From the NCBI GenBank assembly GCA_002716355.1, contig PBAU01000013.1, forward strand, positions 1 through 32,000: a DNA stretch of 32,000 bases, read 5' to 3'. Shown here piece after piece: positions 15,594 to 24,555 of the stretch. Under the pieces are notes generated by a model that was not told the DNA's origin, ran no database searches, and saw nothing but the letters and a program-made list of their open reading frames with translations. Both the position numbers and the translations under genes were made by a program. The stretch is from a bacterium (GTDB taxonomy: Bacteria > UBP7 > UBA6624). The number at the start of each line of letters is the position of its first letter. Position 1 is the stretch's first letter.

Positions 15594-17992
15594 CAATTTT
15601 TAACCTCATAAAACACATAGGTCCAACAAGATTTTTCGGGTTTTTGACCTGTTGCTTGATCGATAGCGTCCAAAAATAACTTGTGTGAATCAGGTCTTGC
15701 ATACAGGAAGCCTTCTTTTTTTGAAAACACAGAGGCATCTTCAATTGAGGCCTCAATAGCACTCCATGTAGATGCCATATCATCCTTGTTGGTCTCTCTT
15801 ACAAGAAGATACTGTCTTGGCTTAAGGTCAGACATTGCCTGCAATGTATAAATAAGCTCTGCAAGGTTTGATATAGTGTAACCATTTATAAAATCCTCCC
15901 TGTAGTAATCTCTTTCTGAAATTACAAATGTATCAGAATCCATATTAATTTCCTCTTTTGCCAAGCCCGCTAATGGGGTTTCGTACCCGCAATGAAGAGG
16001 GCCTTTGTTGAAAGCAGTCCCGACATAACCAAAACAACATATGACTGAAAACCATATTGAAAAATGTTTCTTTTGTTCTATTTCAAGGTTAGAAAAACAT
16101 TTAGACAAGATGATAGATAACGGCACAATTAAAAAAGCTATTCGTGTAGGGATAAATGAAATACCTATATTGATTCCAGAAGTCAAAATTAAACAAAAAA
16201 CAAATGCTCCTATTAAGTATTTAAAGACTGAATTTAATTCTTTTTTATTCACATTTAAGCCTTTAGAAAGAGCAAAGGGTATAAGAAGGAGGCAGAAAAT
16301 CCATATTGGATTAACAGGGTAATAATGACCAAAAATAAATGAAACTTGAGAATAAGCTGTTTTAATAATTGATTCCAAAACAATGTCTACAAAATCATTA
16401 CTGTTGCCTAATCGACCCTGCGCCTGATTAAAAAGTGTAAAAAATCCAGGTATCCAAAACAGAGATGAGAAAAAAGCATCTCTTCTTGTGTTTTGAATTG
16501 ATTTTTTTGGAGAAAATAAAGTTGTAAACCAAACAATAAGGATGCCTAAATGTGTTGTGTATGCAAGAATAGTTCCTGCTATTTTTCGAATATTGCAAGG
16601 CTTAACATGATCTCCAAGACGCATAATCCAGGCCGTCAAAAAAACGACCATCGAATAGTAACGAAATTGCAAACCAATAAAAAGAGTGAAGGGTAGCATC
16701 CATAATATCCAGGCTGCGATTTTTAACTCAGGCCTAGGCGACCTAATCAAAATTCTGCCACTTAACCAAGCAAACAGTATAGGCAATGCATATCCAAAAG
16801 ATCCTGCAACAGAAGAGAAAAACCATTGGGATAAAAAATAACCTGGAGGATGAACATCATTCGCCAAAAGGTTAAATACATTTTGAAAATTGCCAGACAC
16901 TACATGGTGTGTAAAAATTTCATCAGGCCATCCCCCTTGCTTAATTGCAGATAATTCAAAACCAATAAACAACCATAAAATCAATATCAACCAACCAAAT
17001 CTTTCTAGACCTATCAAGGGTCTGATTGCACGGTCATGAGCCCAATTTAAAAAACCATCAAAAGGGTTTTTTCTCTTGCTCCATCTAGGAGCAAACCATT
17101 TATGGATTTTTGAATCCTTCTGTGTTCTTATCAATTCAATTTCTTTTGATTTTCTAAAAAGAAAATATTGAGAAAAAACAATATGTATCCAGGCCAACAA
17201 TAAACCCAAAAGTCTATTTGTGTTTGTGATTGAATAAATTAATCTTGCAAATTCATTAATAAAAGAAAAGGGCATATACAAAAAACGTGTATGCCAAGTA
17301 TTCAAGCATTTCCAATTCACTATTCGATTTCTTTCTTGGTAGAAATATTTTTTCATAGGGTGCATAGCCTGATCAACAGAAGCTTGACCTTGATGCAAAA
17401 CAATGCAATCATTAGTTTTCTTAACTTGCAATCCAGCCAAACGTAATCGCCAACCAAAATTAACATCCTCTCCATACAAAAACAAATCTGAATCCATTCC
17501 ATTCACAGAAACCCAAGCCTGCCTGCTGGTGATAAAAATAGCACCTGATGGATAAAAAGTCATTGCTGGGTTGTGGAACCAATTTGGAATAGTTGTCAAA
17601 AAGGGATTGAGAGTGCCTCCCATTTTTTCATTTTGTTCTGATTTATTATTGATCAAGCAGCTTAAAGCACCAATTCTTTCATCTTTACTAATACCTTTAA
17701 GCAAAACTTCTAATACATTTTCTTCTAGCTCTAAATCAGGATTCAAAAATATTACAAAATCACCTTTTGATTTCGAAAAGCCTACATTACATCCCCCGGC
17801 ATATCCAGAATTTTTGCTTTGGGGGAAACATTTAAAGTTAAATTCGCTTTCCAATGGTTTCCAGCCACCTTCTCCTGAATTATCTATAACTATAATTTCA
17901 TCAGGTTGTCGGGTCTGCGATCTTAAACTCAATAATAAATTTTCTATACAGGGTTTTGATTTGTAAGCAACAATAACAACAGACAACTTCAT
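15593..17992 (-). CDS. Fusion protein: N-terminal GT2 (GT-A) glycosyltransferase + polytopic GT-C-like (PMT_2/ArnT-like) membrane domain + about 145-aa C-terminal soluble domain
   Basis: Residues 1-230 carry VVIVAYKS, IIVIDNSG, FLNPD and GEDVNFGWRLRL (GT2). Residues about 235-655 hold more than 10 hydrophobic segments, with WPDEIF (D357-E358) and DVHPPGYF (381-384) in the first loop, typical of GT39/83 GT-C enzymes. Confidence 0.75.
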   Translation of the reverse strand: MKLSVVIVAYKSKPCIENLLLSLRSQTRQPDEIIVIDNSGEGGWKPLESEFNFKCFPQSKNSGYAGGCNVGFSKSKGDFVIFLNPDLELEENVLEVLLKGISKDERIGALSCLINNKSEQNEKMGGTLNPFLTTIPNWFHNPAMTFYPSGAIFITSRQAWVSVNGMDSDLFLYGEDVNFGWRLRLAGLQVKKTNDCIVLHQGQASVDQAMHPMKKYFYQERNRIVNWKCLNTWHTRFLYMPFSFINEFARLIYSITNTNRLLGLLLAWIHIVFSQYFLFRKSKEIELIRTQKDSKIHKWFAPRWSKRKNPFDGFLNWAHDRAIRPLIGLERFGWLILILWLFIGFELSAIKQGGWPDEIFTHHVVSGNFQNVFNLLANDVHPPGYFLSQWFFSSVAGSFGYALPILFAWLSGRILIRSPRPELKIAAWILWMLPFTLFIGLQFRYYSMVVFLTAWIMRLGDHVKPCNIRKIAGTILAYTTHLGILIVWFTTLFSPKKSIQNTRRDAFFSSLFWIPGFFTLFNQAQGRLGNSNDFVDIVLESIIKTAYSQVSFIFGHYYPVNPIWIFCLLLIPFALSKGLNVNKKELNSVFKYLIGAFVFCLILTSGINIGISFIPTRIAFLIVPLSIILSKCFSNLEIEQKKHFSIWFSVICCFGYVGTAFNKGPLHCGYETPLAGLAKEEINMDSDTFVISERDYYREDFINGYTISNLAELIYTLQAMSDLKPRQYLLVRETNKDDMASTWSAIEASIEDASVFSKKEGFLYARPDSHKLFLDAIDQATGQKPEKSCWTYVFYEVKN

Positions 17993-18924
17993 CCTTTTCT
18001 CCTAAATGGATTTAACCTGAATCCACAAATCCATTTTGCCATATTTTCTTCTGAACAAATCCGTCTTTTTTGTATGATTTCTCTCCAAGAGTTCAATTTA
18101 GCATTATCACCTGGATTAAAAGTTGCTGCCAAAGGATCTTTTAAAAAACCCCAGAAAAAACTAATAGCGCAAAATAAAGACGCTGACATTCTCTCGTTGT
18201 CTGATAAATTTTTAAAAATAATTTTCAAATAATTACTTGCCCCTTTTTTTCTGACTTTCAGTATATGCCGAACACCTGTAGATCCTCTTTGATGAATCGC
18301 TGGAGCACCAGGAATAATCCAACTTTCCCAATTTAAATGTCTCAACCTAATATTCAAATCAACATCCTCAAGGTAAGTTCCAAAAGATTCATCAAAGAAC
18401 TCGTTTGCAACTGCTGCCTCTTTTAAAGCTGAGTATCTATAAACTGTGGCAGTGGCAGAGAGTCCGAAAACTTCCTCAGGTTCATCTATCCTCTTGCCAG
18501 ACATTCCAGAAAATCTCTCAGTGCAAACCCAGTCATTCCATAACATATGGCCCGCAGTATCAACTTGTCCTTGTTTGTTTAAGATTAACCCTGAAACAGC
18601 TGCCGCCTTTTTGTTGTCGTCTAAAAATGACTCTGCATTCTTGATCCAGTCTAAAGGTATAAGGCAGTCCTGGTTCAAAATGCAAACATACTTTGATTTG
18701 TTCATTGACAAACCAATGTTTACAGATTTAGCAAACCCAACATTCTTTTTGTTATGAACAACATTAACTTTAATCCCGTCAAACAAACTTGCGGAACTGT
18801 CTTCAGAGGCATCATCAATAACTATAACCTGTTCCAAAAAAGATGAATATTTATTTATGGTTTCAATAAATTTTTTACTGATAATATTTTTTGCATTAAA
18901 AACAGGAATAATCAGAGTTGTCAT
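17989..18924 (-). CDS. Glycosyltransferase, GT2 family
   Basis: TLIIPVFN, VIVIDDASEDSS, ILNQDCL and YLEDVDLNIRL motifs. ATGA overlaps at both ends. Confidence 0.85.
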   Translation of the reverse strand: MTTLIIPVFNAKNIISKKFIETINKYSSFLEQVIVIDDASEDSSASLFDGIKVNVVHNKKNVGFAKSVNIGLSMNKSKYVCILNQDCLIPLDWIKNAESFLDDNKKAAAVSGLILNKQGQVDTAGHMLWNDWVCTERFSGMSGKRIDEPEEVFGLSATATVYRYSALKEAAVANEFFDESFGTYLEDVDLNIRLRHLNWESWIIPGAPAIHQRGSTGVRHILKVRKKGASNYLKIIFKNLSDNERMSASLFCAISFFWGFLKDPLAATFNPGDNAKLNSWREIIQKRRICSEENMAKWICGFRLNPFRRKG

Positions 18925-19913
18925 AATGTTTTCAACTCCTTTAGAGTTTCGCCAATTGCCTTTTCAACTGTTTTTGGTTCCCATTCATCGGGAGCCTTAA
19001 ATGAAGAGCGGTTTTTAAGGACTGCTCTAATCGCTCTCGGTAATGATTCTTTATCCTGGGGATCACCATAAGGCTTAACAACGGGTAACGCCTCTCTATG
19101 TGACGGAATGTCAGACATCAAAACGGGTGCGCCACAGGCAGCTGCTTCCATTGGCACGAAACCAAAACCTTCTGCAAGGCTTGGGCACAAAACAGCAATT
19201 GCAGATCTATAAAAACAAATAATCTCTTCCGTTGTTTTATACCCTTCGAATTCAACCTTATCCCCTAGTAAACCTTTTGCAAGGGTCTGAAGTTTTGCTG
19301 GAACAAGTCCCACTACTTTCAATTTTGGAGAATTCTTAACAGAAAATATTGCATGAATTACAGATAGAAAATTTTTTCGTTTCGGCCATGCCCCAACCAT
19401 TAAAAAATAATCCTGTGTGTTTGTTTCACGTTTCTTAAAAGCATCACTTAACCCATGCTGCACTACAACAGTTTTCCCTAGAGAGGGAAAAACTTTATGT
19501 AAGGTTTTTTGAGTTTCATAACTTACACAAATTCTCAAATCAGCTATTTGCCATGATTGTGGAACTATTTTTTGCCAATACCAACGATTAAAACGTCCTA
19601 GTTCATAAGGATGAGTCAAAGGTATTAAATCATGAACTGCAATTGCTAAAGGCATATTTTTTACCTTTTGAGCGCTGAATCCGGGACTAAAGAGGATATC
19701 GGCTGATGTCAAAGATGCATATGATGGCATTTGTATTTGTTCCCACCACGCTCTAGAAAGCGCTCCTGTAATGGGTTTATCTGATTTTCTTTTCAGCTCA
19801 ATGACATTGACATCTTTTCTTGCGGAAAAGCCTTTACGCATTAAATCTGTATAAACACCAACACCAGTATTCTTACCTCCAATGGCAGTTTGAATGTCAA
19901 ATGCTATTTTCAC
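18921..19913 (-). CDS. Glycosyltransferase, GT4 family
   Basis: SLAEGFGFVPMEAAACGAPVLMSD. I prefer the GTG at 19911-19913 (VKIAFDIQ, read as MKIAFDIQ) because it forms a GTGA overlap with the upstream stop, matching the operon pattern, and is preceded by AGGTGGGGGG. The ORF-track GTG at 19925 is possible. Confidence 0.8.
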   Translation of the reverse strand: MKIAFDIQTAIGGKNTGVGVYTDLMRKGFSARKDVNVIELKRKSDKPITGALSRAWWEQIQMPSYASLTSADILFSPGFSAQKVKNMPLAIAVHDLIPLTHPYELGRFNRWYWQKIVPQSWQIADLRICVSYETQKTLHKVFPSLGKTVVVQHGLSDAFKKRETNTQDYFLMVGAWPKRKNFLSVIHAIFSVKNSPKLKVVGLVPAKLQTLAKGLLGDKVEFEGYKTTEEIICFYRSAIAVLCPSLAEGFGFVPMEAAACGAPVLMSDIPSHREALPVVKPYGDPQDKESLPRAIRAVLKNRSSFKAPDEWEPKTVEKAIGETLKELKTL

Positions 19914-20683
19914 AAAACCCCCCACCTAAATAACAACTTACGCCATTTGAGCATTATTAAATCTTTTCCCTGGCTTAATATTTCAAAAAACCACCAGAAA
20001 ACATTCAACTTTAATGCTTTATAGTGTCTTGCTGTAAAAATTCTTTGCCCACGTAAAAAAATACCATTTAAACGATCTGGTGAAAAATCTCCTGTTGTAA
20101 CTCCACGAATATGATCTACCTTAACAGAGTCTGTGTAAACAATTGACAAACCTTGTTCTTTAGCTCTAAAGCTAATATCTACATCTTCCCAATATGCAGG
20201 ATGGAAAGCCTCAGAAAAACCATTAAGCTTACACCAATGCTCTTTTCTCGTTAGGAAACATGCACCATTAGCGTATCCTGGATGTTTTTGGTTGTAAGTA
20301 GGCCAAGGTCTAGCATTCCTAATATGCAAACCAATTAAAGATTCATTGATTGTCTTATTATTTTTTTGAGTGTTTATCATTGGAACAACTGCAAAAATAT
20401 CAGGATTGGATTTAATAATCTCCAACATAGATTCAACACAACCTTCTTTTGGTTTGATATCATCGTTCATTATGAGTATAAATTCAGATTGACAATGCTT
20501 AACAGCATTGTTGACAGATTTAGAGTAACTAGGTTCAGACTGAATAAAAGTCGTATGTTTGAAATTTGCACAATTTGACCCAGACAAAAAAATATTGCGG
20601 GAACCCTGTTTGTGAAGCCATTCAATAAGGCTTTCCAAATAACAGCTTCTACCCAAAGTGGGTATAACAACATCAAAAGACAT
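19910..20683 (-). CDS. Glycosyltransferase, GT2 family
   Basis: 257 aa with FDVVIPTLGR, LIMNDDI (DxD) and YWEDVDISFRA. Confidence 0.8.
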   Translation of the reverse strand: MSFDVVIPTLGRSCYLESLIEWLHKQGSRNIFLSGSNCANFKHTTFIQSEPSYSKSVNNAVKHCQSEFILIMNDDIKPKEGCVESMLEIIKSNPDIFAVVPMINTQKNNKTINESLIGLHIRNARPWPTYNQKHPGYANGACFLTRKEHWCKLNGFSEAFHPAYWEDVDISFRAKEQGLSIVYTDSVKVDHIRGVTTGDFSPDRLNGIFLRGQRIFTARHYKALKLNVFWWFFEILSQGKDLIMLKWRKLLFRWGVL

Positions 20684-20692
20684 ACTTAAAAG

Positions 20693-22816
20693 TTATGTAG
20701 AAGGGTTGGGGTCAAGTGGAACATCACCCATATCTATCGTTCTACCGGCTTCAACAATAACGGTTTCTGTTGTGCCCATGTAGCCACTGGCGGAAATATC
20801 AATCTCTTTAAAGCCAGGGATAATATTATCAATTCTGAATAAACCTATATTATCAGTAACATCTATCTGTCCAGTACTTCTTACAAGAACAACAGCGTTA
20901 GGGATTGGAAGATTCGTAACAGAATCTCTAACAATACCAGTTAATGCACCTGTTGTTGCATCTCCAATCTGGCTTATACCAATAAATCCAGAACCAAATG
21001 CATCTTCAATAATGGTAGTCTCTCCTGATGTTACACTGAATTCAACAGCTGCTGAATGGTAACCAGGTGCACTAACCGTAACAGATCTGATTCCAGGAGG
21101 TACAGTTGGGAAAGTTAACCTTCCTTCAGAATCTGTACTTCCAGTTACGTTTCCAGCAAACATACCTAAAACTACAGATGCATTTTCAATCGCAACACCT
21201 GTGCCTGAATCTCTAACAACAAGCTCAGCAGAACCGTTTCCTGGAACAGGACAATTCTCTCTAAAGAGTATGAGAAGTTCTGGATCTCCACCAACCCTCT
21301 TGTCCAAGACAAATATCCTGCAGAAGAAATCAAAAGAGACATCCATTGGCCCTTCGATACCAGCCGCAGGAGAGTGTGCTTGGTTGATTGTTCTCAAGAA
21401 GTTCAAGTTTGTGTCCAATACAGTAACCCTACCGTTTCCAAAATCAGATACATAAATCTCATTAGGGAAAACTTGTTTGTCTATACTGATTCCCCATGGC
21501 TGCAAGAAATGGACATTGTCTCCACCTGTATTTGATCCGAAACCACCTACACAATATTGTTGTTCAGGTGGTGCTGGAGGGGTATAAGGAGATGCACTAT
21601 GGGCATCTAGAAGATCTGGTATAGGTTGAGTTATGCAAACACCTGGACCCAAACCAACATTCCCAACATAAACCATTCTGTTGTCAGAAGTAAAATCAAA
21701 ATCAACCATTCTGCCAACATTGAAATTAGTTGGAAGACTCCAAGCAGCTGGTGCGCTTCCTGGTCCCGTAAAAACATGCATGCGGCAATCTCCAGGATTT
21801 GTGCTGAAACCATCTCCGGCATTGCTTTCATAAGGGCATGTTTGAGAATCACCTGGAGTGTATCCAGCACCTTCACCCTCTAAACCCTCACCTCGAGTCC
21901 AGCCAATAAGTAGGGCTTGTGGTGTATCGCCTCTAGTGTCAGGATTGTCATCAGTTGAATCTTCACATGTTATTTCCCCGAAATTTGGCCATACCGGCTG
22001 CCCTACAGTTCTTTGCCAAAGGTTTCCATAAGCATCCCATTCAACACCCAATTGACCAGGTCCTCCTGGAAGCCCATTAACCTGGAAAGGCGTTCCTTGT
22101 GCGTCATAAAGAGTATCTCCAGCAAATTCAACCAATTCATTGCCCATTAGCCAAAAATCTCTGGGGCCTATTGGACCACTGTCACCCTCTTCAAGATCAC
22201 AATTAAATGAATAGTCATCAGCTGCATCGCCACCAGGTATAGCATTTCTTGAAGTTAGTCTGTAACCCCCTAAACCACCCCAAACGCTTGCAGCAAAATA
22301 ACCAGCACCATTTAGTATTCCATGAGGATCGCCAACGAGATCCAGGAAAGTGCCGTCATTTTCAGGTGGCCATATGAAATTACCACCTTGGAAGAAACAA
22401 TCATCATCAAAATTCAACGGTCTTGCAATTGGTCTTCCAATACTGTCAAAAACCAAAACACCCTCTGTTGTTGAAACCAAAATAACATCTCCTATCTCTG
22501 GGAAGTAAGCATTGGTCAAACCTGTTAGACCAGGGTAATCACCCAAACCACTGCTATCAGCAGATATAGAAGGATTGGTCAATGGGTTTCTGAAAGGTGT
22601 CAAGGATCCATAAAAAGGATTGACACAGTCAGTTAGCTCACCATAAGCAACACCAGTTCCTGTAGAAGAATTACCACCATCGGAAGGTAATGTATCGCCA
22701 GGGAAACCGCCGCCAGCAGGATCTGGAACTATACCTACAGGACTTGAGTTTTGACATGCAGAAAAGAAAAGTGAAAACATGACTAAAAATGTAACTGTAA
22801 ATTTATTTTTAAACAT
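20693..22816 (-). CDS. Lipoprotein with NHL/beta-propeller-like region and two C-terminal carboxypeptidase-regulatory-like (CarboxypepD_reg) domains
   Basis: Start at the ATG at 22814-22816, with GGAGGAAG SD 9 nt upstream; the track start at 22822 is a TTG. Lipobox LFFSAC. NHL-like strand motif IYVSDFGNGRVTVLD. The tandem C-terminal modules are GSAELVVRDSGTGVAIENASVVL...GRLTFPTVPPGIRSVTVSAPGYHS and GALTGIVRDSVTNLPIPNAVVLV...GLFRIDNIIPGFKEIDISASGYMG. Confidence 0.7.
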   Translation of the reverse strand: MFKNKFTVTFLVMFSLFFSACQNSSPVGIVPDPAGGGFPGDTLPSDGGNSSTGTGVAYGELTDCVNPFYGSLTPFRNPLTNPSISADSSGLGDYPGLTGLTNAYFPEIGDVILVSTTEGVLVFDSIGRPIARPLNFDDDCFFQGGNFIWPPENDGTFLDLVGDPHGILNGAGYFAASVWGGLGGYRLTSRNAIPGGDAADDYSFNCDLEEGDSGPIGPRDFWLMGNELVEFAGDTLYDAQGTPFQVNGLPGGPGQLGVEWDAYGNLWQRTVGQPVWPNFGEITCEDSTDDNPDTRGDTPQALLIGWTRGEGLEGEGAGYTPGDSQTCPYESNAGDGFSTNPGDCRMHVFTGPGSAPAAWSLPTNFNVGRMVDFDFTSDNRMVYVGNVGLGPGVCITQPIPDLLDAHSASPYTPPAPPEQQYCVGGFGSNTGGDNVHFLQPWGISIDKQVFPNEIYVSDFGNGRVTVLDTNLNFLRTINQAHSPAAGIEGPMDVSFDFFCRIFVLDKRVGGDPELLILFRENCPVPGNGSAELVVRDSGTGVAIENASVVLGMFAGNVTGSTDSEGRLTFPTVPPGIRSVTVSAPGYHSAAVEFSVTSGETTIIEDAFGSGFIGISQIGDATTGALTGIVRDSVTNLPIPNAVVLVRSTGQIDVTDNIGLFRIDNIIPGFKEIDISASGYMGTTETVIVEAGRTIDMGDVPLDPNPST

Positions 22817-22818
22817 AA

Positions 22819-24486
22819 TCAACTTCCTCCACCCTCAGCGGTAGCAAAACCATTCTCGGGATAAAGCCTGAAATTACCAGTATCCCAGGTTCCTGGAGAC
22901 ATCACAACTATACGTGCATCCTGAGCCCTGTAGCCACTTGCTTCGACCTGCACTGTTAAGAAACCACCTATCGGAGCATAAAACTCAAATGCACAATAAG
23001 CATCCAATCCACTTGTGTATGTGATTTCAGAACATATTTCTTCTTCATTGAAGTCCAATAATCCTTGCGCAACCACTCTTACGGTAACTTCTTCTGGCAT
23101 ATTGTCGCCGATTGGCGCATTGGGATTTTTGATTTCAGCTGTACCTGTAACTTTAACAAGCCCTGGCTCTACAAGCTCATTGCTGTTATCGATAAGGTCA
23201 GTTGCTGTTAACGCTCTTGCATGCATCGCTGAACCAAAATTACTCAAATCCTTATCTCTTATAACAATCATGAACTCATCATTTGCAGTCAAGCCATTGT
23301 TTGTCAAGTTAGCCGAAGTTAAAGCAGTAAAGGCATTAAGAGTCGAAGAACCAGCATCACCAACAAAATAACGGAGATTCTGACCCCTCACAGGAATGTT
23401 TCCAAGTGCACCACCATTTCCAGCAAGAAAATCAAAAGCAATCGCTGAGCTTTGGAACGCGTGTGTGCATTCTTCATTTGTGAAGCATTGAATGGTGAAG
23501 CCTAAAGCTTGCTGTCCACCCTGCTCATCAGATCCATTTAAAACACCGATAGATAGGATGTTTGATTCCGCGGACTTCAATGCATTGGCAAGTATCTGAT
23601 CGTCAATTCGTGAATTTGCCCAAAAAAGCTGGAAATCAACATCATTAATCAGATTAAGCATTTCATTTCTGAGCTGTCCGCTATGTGGTCCAAAATAAAC
23701 GTCAATACCGTACCTGTTATCAACAATGATATTCTCGCAATGAGAAGCTGTGCTTTCTTTCTGACCCTGAAATTGATTGTTTTCAAACATCTGATCAAAA
23801 TCCTGGTTGAAACAATTCGCCAATAATGTGTTCTGAAGCCTCATTGAGAAATTAGACATTGAATAAAATGAATTTGATAAAAAGTTTCCTGAAGAAACTA
23901 TAACCTCATCACCATCAATGACCATGTATTTTGAGTTCATAAGTGTGTTTAAGTCATTACCGTCAGTAACAACAACCGCACCAGCAGTTTCTAAGTTTGA
24001 ATAAACAGTTGAATTTGTATTGTAAAAATAATTATCAACAACTATGTTCACGCTAACACCTTTAGCAAGAGCAAAAAGGATTGCATCTTCAATATCTGGC
24101 CTGTTAGCAATATCTGGAACAGCGATATTAACCACTGAATCAGCAGCACTAATATACTCTGATGCATCAAAAATTGCATTTACATGAGATGGGAATTGCT
24201 GCTTAATGCTGTTCAACAATAAAAAACCATCTGTGTTTGTGTCTACACATTCGGTATGAAACCCTATTGCTAAAGGATCTGAAACAAACGCCTCTAAGAC
24301 TTGACCTGAATCCTGATAGTAAACAATTGGATTTCGATAATTTGGATCTGTCGCATCAGGATCCCAACTATCACTGCCATAACCAGAGTAAGGACCACAA
24401 GAAACAACTTCAAGAGCATCCCCACTTGCGCAAGAAGTTACAACTGCCACAAACAGCAAAACTAAAAAATTCAACTTAACTTTCAT
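22819..24486 (-). CDS. Lipoprotein with duplicated phospholipase D-fold domain (both HKD-like motifs have Asn in place of His) and a C-terminal beta-sandwich domain
   Basis: Lipobox VVTSCAS. PLD half 1 reads SVVNIAVPDI..ILFALAKGVSVNIVVD ... NSKYMVIDGDEVIVSSGNF, i.e. NxK(x)4D(x)6SSxN. Half 2 reads IDVYFGP...FQLFWANSRIDDQIL ... NLRYFVGDAGSSTLN. C-terminal module: FLTVQVEASGYRAQDARIVV. Confidence 0.65.
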   Translation of the reverse strand: MKVKLNFLVLLFVAVVTSCASGDALEVVSCGPYSGYGSDSWDPDATDPNYRNPIVYYQDSGQVLEAFVSDPLAIGFHTECVDTNTDGFLLLNSIKQQFPSHVNAIFDASEYISAADSVVNIAVPDIANRPDIEDAILFALAKGVSVNIVVDNYFYNTNSTVYSNLETAGAVVVTDGNDLNTLMNSKYMVIDGDEVIVSSGNFLSNSFYSMSNFSMRLQNTLLANCFNQDFDQMFENNQFQGQKESTASHCENIIVDNRYGIDVYFGPHSGQLRNEMLNLINDVDFQLFWANSRIDDQILANALKSAESNILSIGVLNGSDEQGGQQALGFTIQCFTNEECTHAFQSSAIAFDFLAGNGGALGNIPVRGQNLRYFVGDAGSSTLNAFTALTSANLTNNGLTANDEFMIVIRDKDLSNFGSAMHARALTATDLIDNSNELVEPGLVKVTGTAEIKNPNAPIGDNMPEEVTVRVVAQGLLDFNEEEICSEITYTSGLDAYCAFEFYAPIGGFLTVQVEASGYRAQDARIVVMSPGTWDTGNFRLYPENGFATAEGGGS

Positions 24487-24555
24487 AAATTATCAACCCC
24501 ACGATTGTATTACAACAAAATGCCTTATCGTACATTTTGATCAACTTGGTTTAAG

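Noticed and set aside
15594-22822. ORF-track start codons at 15596 (TTG), 19925 (GTG) and 22822 (TTG).
   Set aside because: In each case a start one to four codons downstream (ATG 15593, GTG 19913, ATG 22816) gives a better SD spacing and/or the 1-4 nt stop-start overlap pattern seen throughout the operon. The difference is minor and not experimentally resolvable here.
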